From Antedon mediterranea (Eukaryota > Animalia > Echinodermata), in assembly GCF_964355755.1 (NCBI RefSeq), contig NC_092676.1, positions 29,530,871-29,594,870 of the forward strand: a stretch of DNA of 64,000 nt, read 5' to 3'. Each line of letters starts with the position of its first letter. Within the stretch, counting starts at the first letter, position 1. Both the position numbers and the translations under genes were made by a program. The notes beneath the pieces were generated by a model, which worked only from the letters and a program-made list of their open reading frames with translations, was not told the origin of the DNA and ran no database searches. Positions 1-12,031 of this stretch are shown one piece after another.

Positions 1-1253
1 CGCTGCCTAGCGTGGAAAAGATCTTGGTCCAAAAATAAATGATTCGCTTCAGCAAGCTGGCGTCCTTTTTGTGGTGGTTTCTGGTTGGTTGATTGCCACA
101 AGTATCAATCACGTGTGTACACGTTTAAAATTTAAATTAAAAATCGTTTACAGAACAAATATACAAATTGCATTTTAAACAATAATATATTTTAAAAACT
201 AAAAAAATACATTTTATAATTATAATAATTGATTAATAGTAGTTTTCAATCAAGAAAATGATTAAATTTGGAAGAAATACTTTGTTTGTGAATGCTTCTT
301 GAAGCCAATTTGATGATTTAAATCAATCAGTAGGTTGCGCATCAAAGGAGGAGACGCGTGACGCTTTTTTTTTCACACACGACACCGTATTCGACTCATT
401 TGCATTTCGAGACTCGACCCTGGCTGGTGGGAATTCGACTGGTGTGTGTACATGCTGTGTTTTTGATTTGAGAAAGTCGGAAAACGGTAGGGAAAACATG
501 ATTTGTATGAAACGTAATATGGTATACTTAGTAATTTAACATAGAGAAGTAAATTTTGACAAATAATAATAAGCATATATTATATGTACATTACTGTTGT
601 GTTTAATTTGATTGCTTTACTCCCTCTTTTCTTTTCCTTTATTTAGTTTGTTAGATAGCTAGCCTACTATTATAGGCCTACTAGCTAGGCTAATAGGCCT
701 CTCTAATCCTAGGCCTACACCAACGGTTCAAGAACAACATGGATGGATGGGGGACCGCATTTTTCTGCGGTTATCCCTAGCCATTTAATCCGCGTGTTGT
801 ATTTTTTGCATCTTGTCTGTGTTGTTCCATGGTTTGTCGGTCGGTTTGTCTTGCACTGTTTAGGGCTAGGCTAAAGTCTTTAATACTCTTAGACAATATT
901 TTTAAGTGAATTTAGGACTTCGTTGAAATTGTTTGATTCAAATAAAAAAAATAGTTTTTTTCCCATCTTAGCTATTTACAACTGACTGCTCCTAGCTATA
1001 TGACAACTTGGTCATACTTGTCCTCGTCCGGTACAGTTTATGATAGAAAAAGATTCCGAGTACTTAAACTTAATTAAATATATATTTCTATTTCTAGAAG
1101 CTAGTTAAAATATTGTTAAACATTTCATTCTAAGATTGTCGGCTTCAACGCCACAAAATATCACTCATCAAAGTTGATTGTGGCTCTCAGTCTCCATACT
1201 AACCATCAAAGTTTTTTTTTTTTTTATTCAACAATAGTATTTGTTTAATACAG

Positions 1254-1290
1254 CTCAAAAATTTGATGGAGGAGGTGGATGTGACGCCAG
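1254..1290 (+). other. Candidate 37-nt 5' UTR exon of the SR gene carrying upstream ATGs
   Basis: T-rich tract + CAG at 1251-1253, donor CAG|GTATGA after 1290, ATGs at 1266 and 1279. Confidence 0.45.
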
Positions 1291-2116
1291 GTATGAAGTT
1301 TATTACTTCATGTAAAAAACTAACTCATTCATTTTGATTGGTGTGAAAATAAAATAAAAATAAATAAAATAATAGTGGTCAGGTTAATTAAAATCTTTTT
1401 TATTTTATCAAATCTTGATTTTCTTATGAATGAATCTGGAAGTTCTTTGAGTAAACAAAGACAAATTGAACAAAGAAAGGTGTAATAATAATAGGATAAG
1501 GTAGCCTTGTACTTTAACCTAAAATTCTGTCCTATTAGTATACCCCTTTTTTTTCCGTTGTTCTGGTGCCAAGTTTACTGTTTAGTAACAATCATTCCAG
1601 TTCCAGTTATGGAAATGTTTTCTTATTTCTTTAATATTTACTGTACCCTTTTAATAGATATTCCCAGTTGATATTAAAAGCTTACTTATTTAATGCTGTT
1701 CCGCTGAATAGACTTTTCATTCATTCATCTTTTATTTCGGAAAAAAAAATTCTCCATAGCTCAGTAACAAATTAGTGTGTATTATTGTAAATATAACAAA
1801 TATAGATATATAAAAAAAAACCTACGCCACATAGTGGTTTCTGTCTCAAATGCTCTGTTTATTTATGCTGTGAATTTTCTTCCAAGTTTTCTGTCAGATG
1901 CTATGTCCTTTATTTTCTGTAGGTTCGTTGCAATTTTTAATTTTGTTAGTAGTGTGGTAATATAATGCTTTCAAGTCCCTTTGTATGTTATTGGTAAAGT
2001 GCACACTGGTCTCTCTATGGATTTGGTCAATGTTAATGTTACCGACAGGGCCGTAGACAGCATTAAGCAAATTTTCACTACTCAGCCTAATTCCCCAGCA
2101 GAGATCGTCGTATTTA

Positions 2117-2969
2117 CCGTATATTTCGGTGTATAAGTCGCACTTTTGACACGCAAATTTGACCTCCAAATTAAGGGTGCGTCTTATACACCGAACATAA
2201 ATGCCTCACCACACAGATTGTACATAGGCCTAGGCTACCGTCACCTCGTTTGCTAGGCCTGAGTAGGCTAGGCCTAGCTACAGTAACTAACTAACGTAAC
2301 GGCAACCTGCTTCTGCCTAGGCTAGGCCTAGTTTTCAAGTCATTTTAGCATGATGTTATACTAAATATGATGAAAAGATTTGTTCATTATGGCGCTCCGA
2401 TAAAATTTCATTTGTAAACGTTTACGTCGTACGATTGGAATAGTATTTATTTATACAGTAGTTATACGCACGATCGCCGTACATCAAGCGCAAGCCCTTC
2501 TTTTGGTGGCACATGGTGTGCGGTATTCGACTAGTATATTCTCCAGGTGATTATAGCATGGACCTAGCGTACACACTTCTCGGATACATAGATACTAATC
2601 GAATACGATTGTCCGTGAAAACGTGCGCCCTCTCGAAATGATCGAGCGAGGCTAGCCCACACACGTGCGTGTTACACACACGGTCATGCACTCGATGTTG
2701 CGGCGAAACTCATGAATAACAAGTTAGAAAGAACTTGTTGAGGCTGGGCGCGGCCGAGCCTAGGTAAGAAAAAATCTAAATAAAGGACGCCGTTGTAGAT
2801 ATAACAAAATATATTATCACAATAATATTGATTACAATTTAAAAAAACATTGTTTTGATGAAATATAAGGTGCGTCTTATACATCGACGATATAAAAAAT
2901 ACCGATATTTTACTCTCAGTTGGGGGTGCGTCTTATACACAGGTGCGACTTATACACCGAAATATACGG
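2117..2969. mobile_element. Non-autonomous Tc1/mariner-pogo type DNA transposon
   Basis: 27-bp TIR CCGTATATTTCGGTGTATAAGTCGCAC / GTGCGACTTATACACCGAAATATACGG, TA on both sides, internal subterminal copies of GGTGCGTCTTATACA. Confidence 0.9.
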
Positions 2970-3221
2970 TAATAATTATATTTAAAGCATCTTTGTCTCG
3001 TCTGTTTTTAACCCCTCACTTTGGCCTTGACTGACGTATATTTGTAGGTGTTTATTACAAGCTTACCAACTGTACAGTATTATCAAATTGTTAGTCATTG
3101 AATGCGCACACCCCCACAATTTCCAAATTGGGAAAGGCATCAAGGAATTGAAATACAGTATTAACTATTCTACAATTTGAGGTAAAAAATAAATTATTTA
3201 TCTTTTCAGAAATTGAAAACA

Positions 3222-5985
3222 ATGTCGTCGGATGCTAGAGGACATTTTAGAGATCATGGTCCATTGGGATGCAAGGTGTATGTAGGAGATGTTGGACCCG
3301 GTGCAGCCAGGCATGACCTGGAGGACGTATTTGGCTATTACGGACCTTTGAAGAATGTTTGGGTCGCTCGAAACCCGCCTGGTTTTGCTTTTATTGAATT
3401 TGAAGATCCTCGTGATGCTGAGGATGCTGTGCGTGGTATGGATGGCAGGTAATTAATTTCTTAAAAACTAAATTGTTTTGTTATGACAAACAACAAAAGG
3501 TTCTGATTTTTGTTACCATTAAGTCCACAGCGCTCTGATCTTTAAACAATTTGTGAACATTGAGACAGTCAAGGCTTGTCATAGAAAGTTGATTCTAAAC
3601 AGAATCTGGTTACAGCACCACTTTATTCACTTACAGTAAAAGGCAATTGGTTCAAAATTGTACACATGTTTTTTTTTTAATAGAAATATTTGTGGACGAA
3701 GAGTGAGAGTTGAAATGTCAACCGGTGAAACAAGGCGCTCAAGAAGAAGTGGGCCACCTCGACGCTCCGCACATGGCGAACGGTGTTACGAATGTGGCAA
3801 AATTGGTCACTTCGCAAGAGATTGTCGCCCTCGTCAGCATCAGAGACGTCGTTCAAGGTCAAGGTCTTTTTCTTATTAATAAGAAACAATAAATTCAAAT
3901 TATTTTTAAATATATTTTTTCAAGATTTTGTAACGTTTTTTAAAAAAGTTTTTGTAAAACTAACATTCTATGCAATTTACTGTTTTATGCAGTTTGTCTA
4001 AATGATAACTAATCTACTCTATGAAAGCCAAATACCCTTTTTTACTACAGATAGCCCCCAGTACATCTGATTCCTTATACAAAGTTATTGTTGGACAGAA
4101 TCTGTTTTCAGGGTTTAAGTATTATATTCGGATTGATTCTTTTGTATAAAATTTTAACGAAAGTTGTACATATTTTGATAATATTTAATATATTTATAAG
4201 TAGGGAAATTAGTGATTAAGAACTTATTTAATCAAGAATAATTTATTTGTTTATAAATAAATTTATTAATGAAGATGATATATTAATTTTGTTTTTTTTA
4301 TCAATGTACATTAAAAAAATGTAAAAACAGAATACATATATACAACTAAGATCAGTATCAAAATGAACTGCTTGTGACCTCGTTTTTCAGGTGTAATACG
4401 ATCAGCTCGTCTCACACACCCTCCCCATCTAGCCTCTTTCACCAGAATGCGATTATGAACAGTTCATCTAGCCATTCTCTAGCCTCTTTCACCAGAATGC
4501 GATATGAACGGTTTATCTAGCCATTCTCTAGCCTCTTTCACCAGAATGCGATATGAACCATCTAGTCATATTCTTAGCCTCTTCACATACTTGTGTGCGA
4601 GCTTGAAACTCCCACCCATGCCGCTCAATCGTGAAAGAGTACGGTCTTAAGATTACATCATTATTCCTCCGAGAACAACAGTTAAAACAACTAGATCGGC
4701 GTCTTAATTCATCACTGCACATGTTGGCGCCCACCTAGATTTATCTCAGCTTATTAAATTGCGATGCATCGCGCGTCTGTTGCCGCCTGAGTTTCAGCCA
4801 GCTTCATATAATAATTCATCCCTCCCAGTCTACCAGACAACACGTCACATAGTCACATCACCTTATGCTTTTCGTTTACAGCTAAGAGTAGGTATGGTAA
4901 AATGTTGAAAGGCATGCCTGGCCATTTTATGAACAACATTCTACATAATAATGTCATTTAAATGTCAAAGTTTTCGCATTTTAAGAAATCCATAAAAAGT
5001 AATAAATGTATACATTTGGTGGTGGGACAAGTACTTTATTTTTTTACTATTTTTTATGTTATAATATTTGGACAAAATACATTGAATCATACAATCAATA
5101 TGCTACAATGTATTCCTAATTATTGGTATTAAACAAGAGGCCCATTTAAATGAGGTTGTATATATGTTGAAATAAAAGTGTATAGTAGTAATCGCGTTAT
5201 TCCCACAATTTGGCTTCAGGATACTAACATTAATTTTTCTTATGATGTAGGTCTTTCTCTCCGAGACGATCATACTCCCCCAAACGTGGTTACAGTCGAA
5301 GTAGGAGTCGCAGTAGAAGCAGGTCGCGATCACACGAAAATCGTCGTAAAAGGTAAAAAACATTAAACTTGTTGAACACTATAGGCTTGTTTACTACAAA
5401 GCACTTCTGATATATTTTAGGTTGTTTTTGTGATAGATGTTTTTGTTAATTTCCTGTTGGTATTTTTGTTTTTTTATTTGGATGTACATTATTATCTTAA
5501 ATAAAGGGAAAGAATGAAAGAAACTGATATACAATTACAGTATATATTTTAAAAATTTGGTCAAGGATTCTTGGTGAACCAAAACCATTTTGCTTTTTGG
5601 TTAACCAGTCTTTTGGATTTTGAACTCTTTTGTTTTGTTGATATAAAGTTTTCTTTTGTTATGTATTTGTTCTTTTCTCACAAAGTAAATGAAATAAAGG
5701 AACATCAATTGTCTAACCCATTGCTAGTACTGTATTGTGCTACTATTTGTTAGCCTTGCATTGAATGTTAACAAAAGCCATTGATAGTTTAAGAGCCCAT
5801 GGACTAACCACCACACTCACAAGACCCATACATACTCACTAACTCCATACAAAGCACATTGTCCAAAAAGCAATAAGATTAACAACTTAACATGATATAA
5901 AACTTTCTTTTACAGCCGCTCCAGTTCGTACTCGCGAGGCCGTGATAACTACCAACAAAGAAATGGGTCCACAGATCGTACCTAA
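3222..5985 (+). CDS. SRSF7: Serine/arginine-rich splicing factor, SRSF7 (9G8)/SRSF3 family: RRM + CCHC zinc knuckle + RS domain
   Basis: Exons 3222-3448, 3684-3863 (alternative weak donor at 3857), 5251-5352 and 5916-5985 join in frame at GT/AG sites. RRM KVYVGD...[30 protein letters not shown]; zinc knuckle [14 protein letters not shown]; RS tract [28 protein letters not shown]; TAA at 5983-5985. The zinc knuckle favours SRSF7 over SRSF3. Confidence 0.93.
4391..4891 (+). other. Candidate poison (PTC) cassette exon in the intron after the zinc-knuckle exon
   Basis: Acceptor ctcgtttttcAG at 4390, donor TAG|GTATGG after 4891, in-frame TAG at 4518-4520. A GC-richer island inside an AT-rich intron, at the position where vertebrate SRSF7 has its poison exon. 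Confidence 0.6.
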
Positions 5986-7082
5986 GCGTTGCTGTACCCA
6001 TTGGACTCGCACTTGGACAATAGTTGGAATGTTATCAATCGTTCTTAGCATACGGAAAATAAATATTAATCGTGAAAATTTTAATGAATCAGATACATAG
6101 ATCAGAAATCTTGTAACTATTTTAGTATTTTTGGCCGATTCATTTTGTTAATGTTTCTAGTTTCAGTCAAAAACCACATCCAATTTTTGTACATGTTTTT
6201 TTTTTAATGTATGTCTCTGCTTTTTATTTAAAGTTGGTTAAATTAGTTTTCGGATGTTATACTAGGCCTAATGCCGTTTGTGCTTATTGTCTCATAAACT
6301 TTGTGTATATTACTTCATTTCCAGTTTTAATAATAATAAATAAAACATCTTTTCGAAATATTGTGTGTGCTTTTTTTGTGTTATTTTTAAAGTTAAATCA
6401 TTTTAAAGATGAACATGAACAATTAAGATTATTCAAATCAGGATTTGAATAAATTATGAAATGTTATCACTTCTATAGAAAAAAAATGGGAAAAATAATT
6501 ATTTCACTTAAAATAAATGGTTAAATTCAACCAAAGACCTATTGGCTGGGAGCCAATTTCACTATATTTTGTTTAAATTACATTTTCTTTTTTCAGGTAA
6601 ATGCATTTTTTTTTTTTTTTTTTGTCAAAGGCGATAACTATTAGGTGACATTAAAATGGCATATTCAACTACAAAATGTGAAAGAATTATTTTTTCAAGG
6701 GACAATACATCTTTAAATGATACAGGGAAATTGGAAAATGTATGGATATAGTGTCTACAAATATAACTATTATTATGGAATACGTGTTTCCCCGATACAA
6801 AAAGACTTGGACCGATTGTCAGCGATGCAGCTTAAATGTGGCTGTTGCGATTTCCAATTAAAACTAAAAAGAAACATTTCTATATACAGTACTGTAATTA
6901 TCTGTAATTATATATGAATATAATATTATATACAGTAATAATTATTTAATACGATACATTTACAAAATATTATTAGTTGTTATTCTACCAGGTTCAGTTC
7001 TGATGGTAATTTGTTATTACCTAAGGTTGAATCTGGTAGAAGATAATTTGTTTTTAGGGGTACTCCGATCTGGAATGCTGAT

Positions 7083-7208
7083 GGTGGATTATTTGGGATG
7101 TTGGGTGGGTGGGGTGAGAGAGTGATCAGGTGGATTATTTGGGATGTTGGGTGGGTGGGGTGAGAGAGTGATCAGGTGGATTATTTGGGATGTTGGGTGG
7201 GTGGGGTG
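7083..7208 (+). repeat. 46-bp G-rich tandem repeat (~2.7 copies) with G-quadruplex motif
   Basis: Unit GGTGGATTATTTGGGATGTTGGGTGGGTGGGGTGAGAGAGTGATCA at 7083, 7129 and 7175. Confidence 0.85.
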
Positions 7209-8355
7209 TTCTATTCTATTGTTTTTGTAAAGCTGGTTTGTGATTTTACTGTTATTGTGTATGGGCGGCCCTCTGGGATAACAGTTTTTTTACTGAAGAG
7301 GTTACGAAGTTATAAAGAATAATAAATGAAAATACTGGCTACCAGGAAAGTACAAAAGCAGCATACGATTGTCACCAACAAATTGTTGTCTCGGGCTAAA
7401 CTTGAAATTAAAGAAAACCGTTATTTTTATGATTAATAATTGTATTGCAAACCTAAACTATTTAAAAATTGATTATAAAGTCATTGCACCCTGATTTAAT
7501 ACATTTATAAATAATTCGGTTATCGTATCAATCAGGCAGAGTTTTCTTTTGTACCAATTGAGCTATTTCTCATGACACTATTTTGAAAATTAGGCTGTTA
7601 TTGAGAACGTACTTGTTACAATATTGAACTATTGTGTGACCTTTTTGAAAAATTGTTTTATGTGAATGTACTACAGTATAACAATTTGCTATACACGCAA
7701 TTCACGACACGTGCCCATTATTTATGTATTAAATAACTTGCATACACTTGGCGCCAAAAGTACACATTCCGGGATAGGCCTTGGACGTGAACAATAGACT
7801 CGTTCTTCAAACTTGTATGGGCTTTTATACCGTGATGTTGACGCCCAAATTATACAAAAGGTTTTGAATTGGTACGGTACGCAAGCCAACAAATTACAAA
7901 ACGTCATGGTACGATTACTTTTCGATTTCTTTCTCTTTTTTTAATAAGTTGGGTAAATAACAATGTGAAATGAATACCTGTTTCCCTTTCACGTCATCCG
8001 GGACGGATGGGGGAAGTTTCAACAAAATTGAATTGAATTCAAGTATGTAAAATCGCTTTAAATATCTACTAGTGATACACTACAGTAGCAAACAACAATT
8101 AGTAAGTTATTTTACCACTATCAGTACATCTTTATCTTTCTATAGGCCTATACAACAAAGTTGTCCTTGAGCTAATTTTAAATGTTGATAACAAATCATA
8201 CGCCCAGGGTAAGCTTGGTTTTCTCTCGGACGCAATGCAATGGATTCGACCAATTACAAGCGATGGATTATTATTCGTTGCTCGTCATTAGTCGTCTCGC
8301 TTGCGTTGCGAACGTCGTCGATATACGCTCCAGCACCATACAGCATGTCACGTAA

Positions 8356-8556
8356 AGCCTGGTTTCCATAAAATCGCTACACGACAGAGCGTAGCGATTC
8401 TATGGAAACGCTAGAATTTGTACGTACGCGTATACGATTCAACGCCGACAAAATCGGCAAAGTTGAACATGGTTGAACTTTGCCGATTTGACTGCGATGA
8501 ATCGCGTGTAGCGATTTTAATGGAAACGCTGTCGCGATTTTAATGGAAACCAGGCT
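8356..8556. mobile_element. PIF/Harbinger-like MITE
   Basis: TIR AGCCTGGTTTCCAT / ATGGAAACCAGGCT, TAA duplication on both sides, internally fold-back. Confidence 0.8.
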
Positions 8557-8586
8557 TAACGAAGGGGGGGGGGGGGGGGGGAGGAC

Positions 8587-8761
8587 CAGGGAACATTTTC
8601 GCCAGTGTAGCGTAGCAAAAAGCTATACAAAACAACCTTATTGCTACACATTTTGAAAATTGTGTAGCAAAAAATACAATACAAAACTATGTTTCTCGAC
8701 TTAAAAATCAGTTTGATTAGCAATATTGCTAAACAAAATTTTTAAATGAAAATTTTCCCTG
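8587..8761. mobile_element. MITE with CAGGG termini and 5-bp TSD (hAT5-like)
   Basis: TIR CAGGGAACATTTTC / GAAAATTTTCCCTG; AGGAC duplicated at 8582-8586 and 8762-8766. Confidence 0.65.
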
Positions 8762-8871
8762 AGGACCAATCACAAGCGATCGAACTGTCGCTCGTCATTG
8801 GTTAACTTGTATGCGTTGCGTCTATTGCGTCATTGCAACGATTTATCCTTGGTCCGGTTATTCCTACCTAA

Positions 8872-9597
8872 AGCTTGGTTCCCACTAGAACGTAACGCAA
8901 GGACGTAAACGCAACGCAAGCGTTTTAACCAATGACAAGCGAAGTTATAGACAGTTAGCAATCACAAGCGAATAAGCCATCGCTTGTGATTGGTCAATCA
9001 ATTGCGTTGCGTTACGTCCTTGTGTTGCGTCGCTAGTGGGAACCACGCTTTAGCGTGGTTTTCCACTAGCGAGTTGACCAATCACAAGCGACTGTTCGAA
9101 TAGTCCATCGCATGTGATTGGTAATCACCTTGTGTTGCGTTACGTCCTTGCGTTGCGTCCTAGTGGGAACCAAGCTTTAGGATATACCAGGCAAAAACGT
9201 ATAGATACGCAACGGTGATTTGACCATTATTACAATTTATGGAATATTTGAACTGTCGCTTTTCATTAATGCTTGGTTCCCACTTAAGCGTGGTTCCCAC
9301 TAGCGACGCAACACAAGGACGTAACGCAACGCAAGTGAATTGATCAATCACAATTGCGATGGCTTATTCGCTTGTGATTGCTAACTGTCTATAACTTCGC
9401 TTGTCATTGGTTAAAACGCTTGCGTTGCGTTTACGTCCTTGCGTTACGTTCTAGTGGAAACAAGCTTTACGACGCAACGCAATAACGTAAGCGCAACGCA
9501 AGTGATTTGACGTCACGAGTAGGTTATTCAAACTTCGCCTGCGTTGCGACTCTAGAGTACGTCCATTTCTGCATCTCTGCTCTAGTGGAAACCACGC
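8872..9597. mobile_element. Cluster of related fold-back MITEs with AGC(T/G)TGGTTCCCACTAG termini (Harbinger-like)
   Basis: Copies at 8872-9049, 9052-9176 and 9270-9597; the last is split by a nested copy at 9287-9466 with a TTA duplication. 9287-9466 is the reverse complement of 8872-9049. Degenerate relatives lie near 8212-8315, 33557-33680 and 58285-58340. Confidence 0.8.
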
Positions 9598-10246
9598 TTA
9601 ATTGCAGTTGCGGCTTACGTACTTGTTCGTTCTCTACCTAGTGGGCTTTAAGGTGATGGTAGCTGTAACCAGTGTAGTTATCCAGAAATTACCCGCATAC
9701 ATAAAATGAAACAAGTATGAATTCATTTTCATTCATTTCATTTATTTATGATCAAACACATGGTTTGAAATTATTTTTATTTGTTCAAAGTTAAAAATTC
9801 ACATAAAAATATGAAAATGAATTAAAAAGTTACAAATACAAATAAAACACATCATTTAAAATACAGATAAAATAGTTACATTATACATAAAATACAAAAT
9901 ACAAGCAAGATCGGTTTGTGAAGGGTATAGCATGAATAATACTGATCATAGGTTACAGCAGTTATAGAATAAACACAACTTAAAATAAAATAATTATAAA
10001 AAAGATACTGTTTGTTCGATTAAAAAAACTATTACTGTACTGGATGGTATCGAACACAATTTTTTTTTAAATTTTTGTCAGCAGTCGTTGGGGAGATCTG
10101 GCAAAACAATATTTTTGTAGGCCTAATTGGCGTTCCATACAGTTTTGAATAGTGACGTGTGAGACACAACATCAACAACCCCTCACGTGCCGGTGAGAAG
10201 TCGGGCTGTGTATAGATTGACTATAGCTAGGCCTAGCTAGGCGATT

Positions 10247-12031
10247 ATGATGGCGTTTTACGAACATCTATTGCTTTCATTAATTCATTACTTAATATTC
10301 ATTAGGTCATTTATATCGAAATCATTTGTACTATTTAAAAAGAATGTATCATTTTATATTGACATTCCGTTGGGCCTAGGCCTAGTGAAAAGTCACAACA
10401 GCAGAAGAAGTGTCGGGACGTGGAAGGGGATGCAGGCCGATGCGACCACCCTGACAAAGATTCCTAAACACGTTGGTATAGTTGTGGTAGAGAATGAGTT
10501 TTCTTTCTCTGATATAGCTAATATGGTTGTTTGGTGTGTGGGGTTCGGCGTTAAGTTTGTCAGCTTGTATGATACGAAAGGTGCAAAACATTTGTTGTTA
10601 TTTAAAAATAAAAAAAAGATATTTATTTATAAATAATTAATAAATATTAAATTATTAGTATTAATTAATAAGTACTAGGCCTATACTACTAGCCTACTTA
10701 CACCGACAGTACGTATTATTTAATGGGTTTTGGAGGAAGAGGTGTGGCATGAACATAAAGAAGACTCAAGACCTAAACTAATGTATTCCATTTCTCATTA
10801 TTGAATTCTACAGGAAAGTTGAAACAAAATGACCAAGCTGTTGCAACTGAAATTTATGAAAAGCAGGAAAAATTTTTCAATGAAGATAAATGTCAATTTT
10901 CATTTGAAGTTGGAAAAGGTTACATAGATAGTAAAAATAATGGTGGTAAGTTGAAACCTGTAATACTCTCTTCACATCTGAGATGTTCCGAGTTTTTAAT
11001 AATGATCCAATAGTAAGTAGTACCCCTTTCAACAATACTTTATCACAGATATTTTGTAAGGTTCAATGCACTCTACTGTATATGTGATGTATGTAGTATA
11101 AACTAATACATTAGTTATTTGATAATTGCATATAGGCGTTATAATAACATTATTATGTACTACTGTTTGTTTACAATTTTTATTTTAGTATCAGATACTG
11201 GAAAAATTAGTATAAAATTGTTATCCTCTACGGATGGCCGCCAAGATGTAGCAAAAATATCACAACAATTGTGTCAAGCTATTCAAGACAAAACTAAATG
11301 TATTGAAGATGTTAACCTATCACAAATGGAGACACTAATGCAAGGTATAACTAACTCCACTTTTTCATACTTTTTAAACTCCTTTTCCCAATAATGATGT
11401 CACTGCACGGGCATATCCAGATCCCCCTTTGACAGCTAAAATGAAATTATAAACTACTTGTTTGTTGATATCTGTTTTTGAAATCCTCCCCTGCACTGTT
11501 ATCAAGAGGGATAGAAATAGATTCTGATTTATGTTTTGTTTACTACAGCACGTAGTAAATGGCCAGATCCAGAGCTTGTGATTCGATGCGGTACAGTACA
11601 TTCGTTGCTGGGTTACCTACCATGGCAAACAAGACTTACAGAAATCCAGTAAGAATCTTCTAAAGCACTAGTTTGACAAAAAAGAGTGTGGTAGTGGTAT
11701 TTCCAAATATGGTAGTGATATGACATCACCATGTCCATATATGGGCACATCACATTTTTTTTGATAGTGTAGACACTGCTTAACACTTGAGCCACATAAT
11801 CTATTTTTTTAATGTAATACACACTTGTGGGCAGGAAGTTGTTGGTTATTTATCAACTCTCTGATCTGGGTTGTGAAAATAAATAATATATTATTGAATA
11901 GTTAGTAAATGGATTAAATGTTTTGTTTGATTTTTTCCAGTTCTTTAAACTCTCATATTGGTGTTGATTATGACAGCCTATTTCATGTAATGCAGTTATA
12001 CTCTAGATGTGAGCAGAGACTTGGCAAATAG
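10247..12031 (+). CDS. NUS1: Dehydrodolichyl diphosphate synthase complex subunit NUS1 (Nogo-B receptor)
   Basis: Exons 10247-10580, 10814-10945, 11189-11344 (alternative acceptor 11195), 11549-11648 and 11941-12031. Motifs [62 protein letters not shown], and C-terminal CEQRLGK* (RxG motif). Confidence 0.95.
11662..11780. mobile_element. Truncated copy of the AGCTCTGTCTACAC MITE family in NUS1 intron 4
   Basis: Shares ACTAGTTTGACAAAAAA..CCAAATATGGTAGTGATATGACATCA..GATAGTGTAGACA with the copies at 46567 and 62701. Confidence 0.7.

Noticed and set aside
1894-2169. 91-aa minus-strand ORF
   Set aside because: Starts at a non-ATG codon inside a MITE terminus and shows no recognisable motif.
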